This document shows, one piece after another, positions 28,762 to 38,291 of a stretch of DNA of 64,000 bases; position 1 is the stretch's first letter; each line of letters starts with the position of its first letter. The DNA is from Bacteroidales bacterium. GTDB lineage: Bacteria > Bacteroidota > Bacteroidia > Bacteroidales > UBA7332. The position numbers were made by a program, and so were the translations under genes. The DNA lies in assembly GCA_051652645.1 (NCBI GenBank), contig JBOFUP010000072.1:17995-81994 (forward strand). Direction: 5' to 3'. The notes beneath the pieces were generated by a model that was not told the DNA's origin, searched no databases, and saw only the letters and a list, made by a program, of their open reading frames with translations.

Positions 28762-29883
28762 TCAATAGTCCTTACCTGACCTACTCTCTAGCCTACCCTT
28801 CCAATATCCATTTGCAAAAGAGATAAACTCCTCTTGATTACACACAGGTGCAGAGATACGTTTTATTAGAGAAGAAGATACAAAACCTTTTGTAGCTAAC
28901 TGCAAACCAGCTTGGCGTAAATCATCTAAAAGCTGAGATTGCAGATCAAGCAATGATGGATTATTAAAGAGATACATTATAGCTGGACGTAGCAGCTCTG
29001 CTGCAACAAAGCGATGATCATTGTGAGCTAACGCTCTGAAGTGAGATCGCAAGGAATCAAAATGTGAGAGTTCTGGAAATCCACATAATGACAGTAAAAC
29101 CAAAGATTGATCTTCTCGCATCCTTCTAGTTGGATGACAAACGGTATCTACTCCCCTCATCATAAATGGATGTAAAGAGGATACATGCCTATCAAAATAA
29201 CACTTCAGTTTGTCGGGCATACCATCTGCATAGAGCGGAAAAGCATATACAACCATATCTGCACTATCTAGTAGATTAGCCAAAAGAGCATGATCATCAC
29301 TATCTTTGAAAATACAATCACCAGCATTTCGTTGCCAACAATGCCAACATCCTGTACATGATTTGATTCGATAATCTGATATATCAACCGTTCTAACATC
29401 GATAGTATTGACACCTCTCAGTCCCTCAACCAAGGCGGATGTTAATAGAGCTGTATACCCGTGCTCCTTACGCGGGGAAGCTGTAAGTACTACAACACTC
29501 TTTGGAACCCTAGCAATCCTCTGACTTACTGGGATTAGATCTTCCAATGGAGAATCCAAATGCATAGCTGGACGTAATAACTTAAAGAGTGAGCTATCCC
29601 CTTGAAATTTCAATCTTCTAGTTATTATTCCCCAAAGAGGATTTAACCTACCAGATGAGAGCTTTAGCCAATCATTAAAATCACATCGTAGTGATGCATC
29701 AAATTCTGGAGAGTGTGACCTATGAAGCTCTACCCCTTTTGAACCAATCATCACAAAGCACTCTAGATCTATATCTTGAAAGTAAAACTGTAATATACGA
29801 TCTTCTTGATGAGAATCGACCATTACTAGCTCCACCATAGCAGACATTGCCTCATAAGGGTTGAGAATACGTTTCTTTTTCAT
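28762..29883 (-). CDS. SCP2-like domain fused to a flavodoxin-like (NADPH-dependent FMN reductase / iron-sulfur flavoprotein type) domain
   Basis: The N-terminal GRLNPLWGIITRRLKFQGDSSLFKLL is SCP2-like. The C-terminal part contains VVVLTASPRKEHGYT...CTGCWHCW...DC...MVVYAFPLY. Confidence 0.6.
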   Translation of the reverse strand: MKKKRILNPYEAMSAMVELVMVDSHQEDRILQFYFQDIDLECFVMIGSKGVELHRSHSPEFDASLRCDFNDWLKLSSGRLNPLWGIITRRLKFQGDSSLFKLLRPAMHLDSPLEDLIPVSQRIARVPKSVVVLTASPRKEHGYTALLTSALVEGLRGVNTIDVRTVDISDYRIKSCTGCWHCWQRNAGDCIFKDSDDHALLANLLDSADMVVYAFPLYADGMPDKLKCYFDRHVSSLHPFMMRGVDTVCHPTRRMREDQSLVLLSLCGFPELSHFDSLRSHFRALAHNDHRFVAAELLRPAIMYLFNNPSLLDLQSQLLDDLRQAGLQLATKGFVSSSLIKRISAPVCNQEEFISFANGYWKGRLESRSGKDY

Positions 29884-29962
29884 CTTTAAGTAAGTGGTTT
29901 AAATAATTCACAGAACAATATATAAATTATACGTTGCAATTCCAAATACTATCTTAAGATAC

Positions 29963-30000
29963 AAAAAAATAGGCTATTTGATATCTCTATCAAATAGCCT
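29963..30000 (-). terminator. Intrinsic terminator of tRNA-Arg copy 2
   Basis: Arms aggctatttgata / tatcaaatagcct are followed by a T-run on the minus strand (aaaaaaa on the plus strand). Confidence 0.65.
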
Positions 30001-30008
30001 ATCAAGGG

Positions 30009-30082
30009 TGATCCCGACAGGATTCAAACCTGTAACCTTCTGATCCGTAGTCAGATGCTCTATTCAGTTGAGCTACGGAACC
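30009..30082 (-). tRNA. tRNA-Arg (anticodon ACG), second copy
   Basis: The reverse complement is identical base-for-base to 13109-13182. I checked this block by block. Confidence 0.9.
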
Positions 30083-30117
30083 CTTTGTTAACCGTGATTG
30101 TCTCTCGATTACGGATA

Positions 30118-30125
30118 CAAAAGTA
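30118..30125 (-). promoter_or_regulatory. -7 promoter motif of tRNA-Arg copy 2
   Basis: The reverse complement reads TACTTTTG, at the same spacing from the tRNA as in copy 1. Confidence 0.5.
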
Positions 30126-30233
30126 GTGCTTTTTTTTAGACCCACAAACTTTTGGTCAAATAATATTTGAAATAAGATTACACATAAAGCACTAACAGCT
30201 GGTAATCATGGGGTATACACATATGTTAAAAAA

Positions 30234-30605
30234 TCACTCTTCCTCATCTTCTACCATATCACCCCAATGTAGCATTTCACTTTTTATTGCAAGAAGCTCT
30301 CTCTTTACTGCTTCTAGGCGATCAATAATCTCAAAGTTCTTGGATACTCCCTGAGGATTTGCTTTCAACTTGGCCGCTGCACCTGGCAGAGTCATACCCT
30401 GCTCTTTTACTAAGTGCTTAAACTTGCGTATTAGCTCAATATCCTCTTTTGTGTATTGACGAGTCCCTCCGGCTGTCTTCTTGATACTAAAAATGTCCAC
30501 CTCTCTCTCCCAAAATCTTAAGAGAGACTCATTGACACCTAGCAAAGCAGCTACTTCACTTATTGAGTAGAATAGCTTGAGTTTCTTGTTCTTGTGTAGT
30601 GCCAT
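30234..30605 (-). CDS. MerR family transcriptional regulator
   Basis: YSISEVAALLGVNESLLRFWERE is a MerR-type HTH. Confidence 0.8.
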   Translation of the reverse strand: MALHKNKKLKLFYSISEVAALLGVNESLLRFWEREVDIFSIKKTAGGTRQYTKEDIELIRKFKHLVKEQGMTLPGAAAKLKANPQGVSKNFEIIDRLEAVKRELLAIKSEMLHWGDMVEDEEE

Positions 30606-30629
30606 CTGTTATATCTCTTTGTAACTATT

Positions 30630-31601
30630 TTAATCCATCATTACGCCCTGTGTAGAAGATAGAAGAACCATCTTATCATAATCTTGTGGAGATAGATCCA
30701 TAAAGTAGTAATTTTGGGGATTGACGTGCTTACCTCGATAGATAACCTCATAGTGAAGGTGAGGGCCTGTTGATTTACCTGTATTCCCGACCTTACCTAT
30801 GACTTGACCTCGTTTTACAACAGCACCCTTCTTTACGCTGTAATCATTTAGGTGAGCATATTTTGTTTTATATCCAAATCCATGATTGATCACTATCGTC
30901 TTTCCATAGCCCTGATCCCAATCAGCTTGCTCTACTTTACCATCACCTGTTGCATATACAGGAGTTCCTATTTTTGCAGTAAAGTCCATCCCCGTATGCA
31001 TCCTTACGGTCTTATATACAGGATCTATCCTCCTACCAAAACCTGACGACGTTTGCTTAAGGTCTTTGTTTAAAACAGGCTGTATAGCAGGAATTGCCAT
31101 CAGTCTCACTTCTCTTGTGTTGAATAACTCTAGAAGTTCATCATATGAGTGAGATTGAATGAATAACTGCTTGTTAAGCAAATCCATCTTCTCGGCCGTA
31201 TTCTTTATAAGAGCTGAATTAGAGAGTGCATCAAACTCCTGATAACGGTTTGTTCTTCCATATTGTGCTGCCCTAAGCTCTGGAGGAATAGGCTCAGCTT
31301 GAAGCATAACTCTATAAAGGTTATCATCTCGCATCTGCAATTCATTCATAATTCTTTGTGCCTCATCAATACGCTTAGAGAGTATCCTATTTTGTGTAGT
31401 TAAAACACTGATTTCTCTTTTAAGCATAGCCTCAAAGGGTGAGTCTATGTAGTAGGCCAAAAGAAAGAAAAGACCTCCACCCATTAGTATGGAGGTTATT
31501 AAGTATCTTATTATCCCCCATGCTCGCTCTCCTGCTGTGGGGTAGACTCGCTCATATGTCAGTGTCTGGTTATTGTAACGGTAATATATCTTTTTGCTCA
31601 T
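30630..31601 (-). CDS. M23 family metallopeptidase (membrane-anchored)
   Basis: It has an N-terminal TM helix and a coiled-coil segment. HTGMDF and GPHLHYEV are M23 zinc motifs. Confidence 0.85.
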   Translation of the reverse strand: MSKKIYYRYNNQTLTYERVYPTAGERAWGIIRYLITSILMGGGLFFLLAYYIDSPFEAMLKREISVLTTQNRILSKRIDEAQRIMNELQMRDDNLYRVMLQAEPIPPELRAAQYGRTNRYQEFDALSNSALIKNTAEKMDLLNKQLFIQSHSYDELLELFNTREVRLMAIPAIQPVLNKDLKQTSSGFGRRIDPVYKTVRMHTGMDFTAKIGTPVYATGDGKVEQADWDQGYGKTIVINHGFGYKTKYAHLNDYSVKKGAVVKRGQVIGKVGNTGKSTGPHLHYEVIYRGKHVNPQNYYFMDLSPQDYDKMVLLSSTQGVMMD

Positions 31602-31671
31602 TGCTAATACAAATTATGGCGGCAATAGCTTTTTTATGCCAAAATATATCGGCAAATATAGTCTAAAAGTG

Positions 31672-31679
31672 TACTTTTG
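31672..31679 (+). promoter_or_regulatory. Bacteroides-type -7 promoter motif
   Basis: TACTTTTG lies 27 nt upstream of the alaS ATG. Confidence 0.4.
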
Positions 31680-31705
31680 CAACTATAATACTAACTATAT
31701 ATTCT

Positions 31706-34324
31706 ATGTTGTCAGCAAAAGAGATCAGAGAATCTTACAAAAAGTTCTTTGAAGAGAAAGGACACCAGATCGTACCATCTGCACCGATGGTGATCAAAGA
31801 CGATCCGACGTTGATGTTTACTAACGCCGGAATGAACCAGTTCAAAGATATTATTTTGGGCAATAGCCCTATAAAATACAGCCGTGTGGCTGACTCTCAA
31901 AAGTGCCTTAGGGTTAGTGGCAAGCACAACGACCTTGAGGAGGTTGGTATTGACACATACCACCACACAATGTTTGAGATGTTAGGTAACTGGTCATTCG
32001 GTGACTACTTCAAAAAAGAGGCTATCGAATGGGCTTGGGAATATCTTGTAGATGTTTTGAAGCTTGACCCAAGTCGCCTATATGCTACGGTATTTGAAGG
32101 TTATGCACCTGAGGGTCTTGAGCGAGACAATGAGGCAGCTGCTATTTGGGAGAAATTCCTTCCTGCTGATCGCATTATCAATGGCAACCGCAAAGACAAC
32201 TTCTGGGAAATGGGAGACATGGGCCCATGTGGTCCTTGTTCTGAAGTACATATAGACCTTCGCTCTGAAGCCGAGCGTGCTGAGGTCGACGGTCTGACTT
32301 TGGTAAACGAGAGCCACCCTCAGGTTGTAGAGATCTGGAACTTGGTATTCATGCAGTACAACCGTAAGGCTGATGGATCCCTAGAGGGACTACCAGCTCG
32401 AGTTATTGACACAGGCATGGGCTTTGAGCGCCTAGCAATGGCCGTTCAGGGAAAAACATCAAACTATGACACTGATGTTTTCCAGCCAATAATACAGACA
32501 ATGGCCAAAATGGCTAACGTAAGTTATGGTGTAAACGAGCAGACTGACATTGCTCTTCGCGTTATCGCAGACCACGTACGTACGATAGCTTTCTCTATTA
32601 CAGACGGACAGCTACCTTCAAACGCAAAAGCAGGATATGTAATTCGCAGAATCCTTCGTCGCGCCGTACGTTATGGATACACATTCTTGGGCCAAACTAG
32701 CTCATTCATGCATAAACTACTACCTTCACTTATCGACACTATGGGTGACGCTTATGGTGAGCTAGTACAGCAAAAAGGGCTAATCGAGAAGGTTATCAAA
32801 GAAGAAGAGGAGTCATTTCTTCGTACACTAGAGACAGGTATTAAATTACTAGAGGGTGTAATGAACACAACTAAAGCTGAAGGAAAAACTGAGGTTAGTG
32901 GTGTTACAGCATTCACTCTTTACGATACATACGGCTTCCCTCTTGACTTGACGGAACTTATCCTTAAGGAGAATCATATGAGCTGCAACATTGAGGAGTT
33001 TGATGCTCAAATGAAAATGCAGAAAGATCGCGCTCGCAACGCTGCGGCCATTGAAACGGGCGATTGGATTATACTAAAAGAGGGCGACCAGCTATTCGTA
33101 GGGTATGACCTAATGGAGTGTGACACTGAGATCCTTCGTTACAGACAGATCAAACAAAAGAATCAAACCCTATACCAATTGGTTCTTGAAAAAACTCCTT
33201 TCTATGCTGAAAGTGGTGGTCAAGTTGGAGATATAGGAACTCTTTCTAACGAAGAGGAGTCATTGGTTATATCAACGGTAAAACGTGAGAACAACCTAGG
33301 CGTACACTACACTTCTAAACTTCCAAAAGATCCAACTGCAACCTTCCGTGCTTCAATTGACATAGAAAAGCGTGAAGCTACAGCGGGCAATCACACTGCA
33401 ACTCACTTAATACACGAAGCACTACGTGAAGTGCTAGGCACACACGTTGAACAGAAAGGCTCACTAGTTACTCCTGATATGTTGAGATTTGACTTCTCCC
33501 ACTTCCAGAAAGTTACGGATGAAGAGATTGCATTGGTGGAAAAAATGGTAAACCGCAAGATACGCCAGAACTTAGCTCTTGACGAATTCCGCAGCCTACC
33601 TATAGACAAAGCAAAAGAGATGGGAGCAATGGCTCTTTTCGGTGAGAAATATGGTGATGATGTTAGAGTTATTCGCTATGGCTCGTCGGTTGAACTCTGT
33701 GGTGGTACTCACGCTAGCTCTACTGGAGCTATAGGTATGATTAAGATCATAGCAGAGAGCTCTATAGCTGCAGGTATTCGCCGTATTGAGGCTATCTCTG
33801 GAGAGAAAGTTGAAGAATACATTACTCTTCAAAGCAATATACTTCGTGATCTTAGATCAATGCTTAACAACGCTCCAAATATTACTCAAGCTATCCGCAA
33901 GACCATTGAGGAGAGTCAAGAGTTGAAGAAGGTTGTAGAAGAGATGATGAAAGAAAAAGCTGTACAGATCAAAAAAGGATTAGTACAAATGGCTGTTGAG
34001 ATAAATGGCATAAAAGTTATTCGTCTTGAAGGCAATTTCCCTGCTGAAATGGTTAAGAATATTGCATTTGAACTACGTGGAGAAATTACAGACAAGTTTA
34101 TTTTTGCAGCTGCTACAACTGACAACAACAAACCTATGCTTACTGTAATGATGAGCGACGCTCTTGTTTCTGATGGTTTGAACGCTGGAGCTATCGTACG
34201 CGAGGCGGCTAAACTTATCCAAGGTGGCGGCGGTGGCCAAGCTCACTTTGCACAAGCTGGAGGGAAAAATTCAGATGGAACAAGTTCTGCTTTGAGTAAG
34301 ATATTAGAAATCGCAGGTTGCTAA
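31706..34324 (+). CDS. alaS: Alanine--tRNA ligase
   Basis: 872 aa. [10 protein letters not shown], the editing-domain HTATHL and the C-terminal DHHA1 GGGGGQ segment match AlaRS. Confidence 0.95.
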   Translation: MLSAKEIRESYKKFFEEKGHQIVPSAPMVIKDDPTLMFTNAGMNQFKDIILGNSPIKYSRVADSQKCLRVSGKHNDLEEVGIDTYHHTMFEMLGNWSFGDYFKKEAIEWAWEYLVDVLKLDPSRLYATVFEGYAPEGLERDNEAAAIWEKFLPADRIINGNRKDNFWEMGDMGPCGPCSEVHIDLRSEAERAEVDGLTLVNESHPQVVEIWNLVFMQYNRKADGSLEGLPARVIDTGMGFERLAMAVQGKTSNYDTDVFQPIIQTMAKMANVSYGVNEQTDIALRVIADHVRTIAFSITDGQLPSNAKAGYVIRRILRRAVRYGYTFLGQTSSFMHKLLPSLIDTMGDAYGELVQQKGLIEKVIKEEEESFLRTLETGIKLLEGVMNTTKAEGKTEVSGVTAFTLYDTYGFPLDLTELILKENHMSCNIEEFDAQMKMQKDRARNAAAIETGDWIILKEGDQLFVGYDLMECDTEILRYRQIKQKNQTLYQLVLEKTPFYAESGGQVGDIGTLSNEEESLVISTVKRENNLGVHYTSKLPKDPTATFRASIDIEKREATAGNHTATHLIHEALREVLGTHVEQKGSLVTPDMLRFDFSHFQKVTDEEIALVEKMVNRKIRQNLALDEFRSLPIDKAKEMGAMALFGEKYGDDVRVIRYGSSVELCGGTHASSTGAIGMIKIIAESSIAAGIRRIEAISGEKVEEYITLQSNILRDLRSMLNNAPNITQAIRKTIEESQELKKVVEEMMKEKAVQIKKGLVQMAVEINGIKVIRLEGNFPAEMVKNIAFELRGEITDKFIFAAATTDNNKPMLTVMMSDALVSDGLNAGAIVREAAKLIQGGGGGQAHFAQAGGKNSDGTSSALSKILEIAGC

Positions 34325-34331
34325 AACCAAT

Positions 34332-34358
34332 ATAAAGCGATCTAAATGATCGCTTTAT
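34332..34358 (+). terminator. Stem-loop after alaS
   Basis: Arms ataaagcgatc / gatcgctttat. No clear T-run follows. Confidence 0.45.
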
Positions 34359-34443
34359 ATGCTATCTAACATCTATTTGTTCATTTAACAGTAATAATGA
34401 AAATATTTGTGTTAAAATAGTTGGTATAATTAGATTACCACAC

Positions 34444-34451
34444 TATATTTG
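34444..34451 (+). promoter_or_regulatory. -7 promoter motif with no downstream ORF
   Basis: TATATTTG is followed by about 270 nt lacking a plausible ORF, then a strong terminator. Confidence 0.45.
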
Positions 34452-34455
34452 CATC

Positions 34456-34725
34456 GAAGAATCAGTCGTGCTGCTACGATTGGTAAACTCACAGTTTTAG
34501 TTTAAAAAACCGAGACAAGCTTTGGTTTCTAATGGCGGGCCGCGCCTTCGGGTAAACTTTATGTTCGGCGGATTACAGCGGAGATCGGGCACTCAAATCA
34601 TGTCATACGGAGTTTTATTCATATCCTTAATGGTACGATTGGTTCTTCTTTTTTCACTACTACAGACTCTTATTACAATATGAGATATAAAATCCCGTGT
34701 ATCATATCGATATGCGGGATTTTTT
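34456..34725 (+). ncRNA. Candidate structured small RNA (unclassified, 6S-like long closing helix)
   Basis: The unit is bounded by a TAnnTTTG promoter and an intrinsic terminator (34692-34725). GAAGAATCAGTCGT (34456-34469) pairs with ACGATTGGTTCTTC (34635-34648), and T6 follows. The central part is GC-rich. Confidence 0.35.
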
Positions 34726-34729
34726 GTTA

Positions 34730-34737
34730 TATATTTG
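34730..34737 (+). promoter_or_regulatory. -7 promoter motif for the S41 peptidase gene
   Basis: TATATTTG lies directly after the preceding terminator and 31 nt upstream of the ATG at 34768. Confidence 0.45.
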
Positions 34738-34767
34738 TGCGAAGTCGCAACTAAACATATAGAAACA

Positions 34768-36447
34768 ATGATAAAAAAGAGAATAAAGTATCTCCTACCT
34801 GCTATTGCCATATCAATTCTTACTTCAAATACATATGGTCAAAATGAAGAGAAACACAACTTTGATATTACTAAAAATCTAGATATATTTCACTCGATAG
34901 TTCGCGAAGCAAACCTATTCTACGTTGATTCAATACAACCAGAAAAGATGATTAGCAAAGGAATAGATGCTATGCTTTATTCGCTTGATCCATACACGAA
35001 CTACATTCCTGAGTCTGACATGGAGGACTTCAAATTCATGACAACAGGTGAATACGGCGGTATAGGATCTATGATTATGGCTAGAAATGGTAGTATATTC
35101 ATCTCTGAGCCATACGAGGGAATGCCTGCACTTACCTACGGACTAAAGGCCGGTGATGAAATATTAGAGATTGACGGAGTTAGCATGAAGGGAAAACAAG
35201 TTTCCGACGCTAGCAACCTACTCAAAGGAGAAGCAAATACAAAAATCACTATTAAGATCCTGCCTTTCGGGGAGAGCAACCCTAAGGACATTGAGGTAAA
35301 ACGACAAAAAATTCAGTTAAGCTCTATACCCTATTCTGGTGTAATGGACAATAACAAAGGCTATATACAGATATCTCAATTTACAGACAAGACAGGGGAT
35401 GAGTTCAAAGAAGCATTTCTTAGACTCAAAAATCAGCATCAAATAGAGTCGCTTGTTATTGATCTTCGCGAAAATGGTGGAGGAATAATGGAGGAAGCCA
35501 TAAAGGTTGTTAACCTGTTCACACCAAGAGGAAGAGAAGTTGTTTCCACAAAAGGTAAAGTTAAACAGTGGGATAGAGTTTACAAAACAACTCTAGAGCC
35601 TATTGACACAATCATGCCAATAGCTATACTCGTCAATAAAGGGAGTGCCTCTGCCTCTGAAATACTATCCGGAGCACTTCAAGATATGGATAGGGCTGTT
35701 GTGATGGGACAAAGAACATTTGGCAAAGGACTCGTACAAACAACCAGAAACCTAAGCTACAACACTACTCTTAAGGTTACAACGGCAAAATACTACACAC
35801 CAAGCGGTAGATGTGTACAAGCTATTAACTATGCTAATAGAAATGCTGATGGAAGTGTCGGAGCCATACCTGATAGCTTAACAAATATCTTTTATACAAC
35901 AAACGGAAGAAGCGTTAGAGATGGTGGTGGTGTAACTCCTGATATTTCACTCACTCCAACCGAATCGCCAAACATCCTATACTACCTAATGAGTGATTTC
36001 ATAATCTTTGACTATGCCTCAATGTATAGAGCAAAACATCCAACTATAGTAGCTGCTAATAGTTTTGAACTAAGCGATGAGGAGTATAAAGAGTTTGCTG
36101 AATATGTTAAGTCAAAGAACTTCACATATGACCGTCAAAGCGAAAAAGTCCTAACTCAACTTAAGGAGGTAGCTAAATTTGAAGGTTATTTTGATGAAGC
36201 AAAAACCGAATTTGAAGCACTAGAAGCGAAGCTTCAACACAATCTTGACCACTCTTTGGATACATTCAAAGATGAGATAAAGCAATTCCTTGGAGATGAA
36301 ATAATAAAAAGATACTACTATCAGAAAGGAAGTGCGGAATTTATGCTGCGTTTCGATCCTGAAGTAAAGAGTGCTCTTGAACTACTAAATGATCAAAGCA
36401 AATACAAAGAAACATTATCTCCACCGAGTGAAATAACAACAAAATAA
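34768..36447 (+). CDS. S41 family C-terminal processing (tail-specific) peptidase
   Basis: I chose the start at MIKKRIKYLL, which gives a signal peptide. The track start at 34735 would overlap the promoter motif. A PDZ-like segment is present, plus the S41 motifs GGG...NKGSASASEI...GQRTFGKG. Confidence 0.85.
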   Translation: MIKKRIKYLLPAIAISILTSNTYGQNEEKHNFDITKNLDIFHSIVREANLFYVDSIQPEKMISKGIDAMLYSLDPYTNYIPESDMEDFKFMTTGEYGGIGSMIMARNGSIFISEPYEGMPALTYGLKAGDEILEIDGVSMKGKQVSDASNLLKGEANTKITIKILPFGESNPKDIEVKRQKIQLSSIPYSGVMDNNKGYIQISQFTDKTGDEFKEAFLRLKNQHQIESLVIDLRENGGGIMEEAIKVVNLFTPRGREVVSTKGKVKQWDRVYKTTLEPIDTIMPIAILVNKGSASASEILSGALQDMDRAVVMGQRTFGKGLVQTTRNLSYNTTLKVTTAKYYTPSGRCVQAINYANRNADGSVGAIPDSLTNIFYTTNGRSVRDGGGVTPDISLTPTESPNILYYLMSDFIIFDYASMYRAKHPTIVAANSFELSDEEYKEFAEYVKSKNFTYDRQSEKVLTQLKEVAKFEGYFDEAKTEFEALEAKLQHNLDHSLDTFKDEIKQFLGDEIIKRYYYQKGSAEFMLRFDPEVKSALELLNDQSKYKETLSPPSEITTK

Positions 36448-36471
36448 AAAGTATAACATTTAGCAACCATA

Positions 36472-36512
36472 AAAGGGAGTATATGCAACTAGTTTGTGCA
36501 TTTACTCCCTTT
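36472..36512 (+). terminator. Stem-loop after the S41 peptidase gene
   Basis: Arms aaagggagta / tactcccttt. Confidence 0.5.
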
Positions 36513-36619
36513 AACTTTTCAATTTGAAAGCAACAACATATATATAGTTTCAAATCGAAAGAGTTCAAAAAAATAGTTACTAGCACAATTCCACTCTCGC
36601 AAATGCCATTTATTTAAAC

Positions 36620-36627
36620 TAGCTTTG
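36620..36627 (+). promoter_or_regulatory. Bacteroides-type -7 promoter motif
   Basis: TAGCTTTG lies upstream of the first nhaC gene. Confidence 0.4.
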
Positions 36628-36670
36628 TAGTTATTATAAATAAGAAAACAAACAAATTAGTAACTATACA

Positions 36671-38131
36671 ATGTTGAATATGCCTGAAATTGGGAATAAA
36701 AGACCTCGTCTTTTTGTCTCCCTAATCCCAATTATCTTCCTTATAATTGCTTTAAGTGTAAACGTATTTGTGTTCGCTAGTGACGCATTAAGTGGCCCTA
36801 GCCAGATAGTATTGATGCTTTCTGCCATCTTCTGTTTTGCTGTATCATATTCCGAAACCAAAACAACTTGGGATGAGACAGAAAAGACAATAATAAAACA
36901 CATTGGAGATTCAACCCCAGCAATAATAATACTTTTCCTTATTGGCGCTCTTTCTGGTGCATGGATGCTTGGAGGCATTGTTCCTTCAATGATCTATTAT
37001 GGCCTACAGATAATACACCCATCTACATTCTTACTCACTGCTTGTATTATTGCCTCTCTAGTCTCACTTACAGCCGGTAGCTCTTGGGCAACGGTTGCTA
37101 CAATCGGAGTTGCGATGATGGGAGTTGGTAAAGCTTTAGGGTTTACCGAAGGATGGGTCGCTGGAGCCGTAATATCTGGTGCGTACTTCGGGGATAAGAT
37201 CTCTCCTCTTTCAGAAACAACAAACTTAGCTGCCAACTCAACCAATACACCTATATTCAAGCATATACGTAATATGATGATTACGACTGTTCCTAGTTAT
37301 GTCATCACTTTAATAATATTCTTAGTAGCAGGATTCATGATTGAGACTGATGGATCAATAGAGATAAAAGAGTTTACTGAAGCTCTGCAATCTACTTACA
37401 AGATAACCCCTTGGTTGCTTTTAGTACCAATTGCAACATTTGTACTCATCATAAAAAAAGTGCCAACTGCTCTTATTATGTTAATATCAGCATTAATAGG
37501 AGCTGTCATTGCTGCAACATACCAATCACCCCTGACATCCACTATGAATCCAGAGGCAGCAAATGGCACTATATCATCAATAATGGCAGCTTTTAAATCA
37601 ATGTACGGCTCTACATCTATAGAGACAGGCAATCAAGCGCTAAATGATCTTGTCTCAACAGGTGGTATGGCTGGAATGTTAAATACAACCTGGCTTATTA
37701 TTGCTTCGATGATGTTTGGTGGAGCTATGGAAGCGGGCGGGATGCTACAATCAATATCCAGAGAGATGATCAAATGGATGAAAGGTACTTTCTCCACTGT
37801 AGGCACAACTACATTCTCTTGCCTTTTCCTTAACGTGACAGCATCAGATCAATACATAGCAATACTACTACCAGGAAAGATGTTCTCATACTTCTACAAA
37901 AAACACGGTTATGATTCATCTCTTCTTAGTAGAACACTTGAAGATAGCGCTACAGTGACATCCGTGCTTATACCATGGAATACATGCGGAATGGCTCAGT
38001 CAACAGTACTTAGTGTCCCAACACTAACCTACCTACCCTACTGCTTCTTCAATATATTGAGTCCTATTATGACCCTTTTCATTGCGGCCATAGGATATAA
38101 AATTACAAAACGTACACCAAAACAACCATAA
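36671..38131 (+). CDS. nhaC: Na+/H+ antiporter NhaC family, paralog 1
   Basis: 486 aa and polytopic. The family call is by overall resemblance to NhaC-type antiporters, with no diagnostic motif confirmed. The segment GAYFGDKISPLSETTNLAA is shared with paralog 2. Confidence 0.85.
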   Translation: MLNMPEIGNKRPRLFVSLIPIIFLIIALSVNVFVFASDALSGPSQIVLMLSAIFCFAVSYSETKTTWDETEKTIIKHIGDSTPAIIILFLIGALSGAWMLGGIVPSMIYYGLQIIHPSTFLLTACIIASLVSLTAGSSWATVATIGVAMMGVGKALGFTEGWVAGAVISGAYFGDKISPLSETTNLAANSTNTPIFKHIRNMMITTVPSYVITLIIFLVAGFMIETDGSIEIKEFTEALQSTYKITPWLLLVPIATFVLIIKKVPTALIMLISALIGAVIAATYQSPLTSTMNPEAANGTISSIMAAFKSMYGSTSIETGNQALNDLVSTGGMAGMLNTTWLIIASMMFGGAMEAGGMLQSISREMIKWMKGTFSTVGTTTFSCLFLNVTASDQYIAILLPGKMFSYFYKKHGYDSSLLSRTLEDSATVTSVLIPWNTCGMAQSTVLSVPTLTYLPYCFFNILSPIMTLFIAAIGYKITKRTPKQP

Positions 38132-38133
38132 CC

Positions 38134-38176
38134 AAATGGCGATAATAACTCTCTTACAGAGCTATTATCGCCATTT
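38134..38176 (+). terminator. Stem-loop between the two nhaC paralogs
   Basis: Arms aaatggcgataata / tattatcgccattt. Confidence 0.55.
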
Positions 38177-38254
38177 ATGTATAAATATACATTGTAAAAA
38201 CCGTGAAATATATCAAATTAGCCACACAATCGCATATATAATCAATAATATCAC

Positions 38255-38262
38255 TACCTTTG
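38255..38262 (+). promoter_or_regulatory. Bacteroides-type -7 promoter motif for paralog 2
   Basis: TACCTTTG lies 30 nt upstream of the ATG at 38292. Confidence 0.4.
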
Positions 38263-38291
38263 TATCAAAGAACAGAATATACAGAATAAAT

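Noticed and set aside
38136-38291. The 52-codon N-terminal extension of the second nhaC in the ORF track.
   Set aside because: The extension spans a terminator hairpin and a TAnnTTTG promoter. The paralog alignment starts at the Met at 38292.
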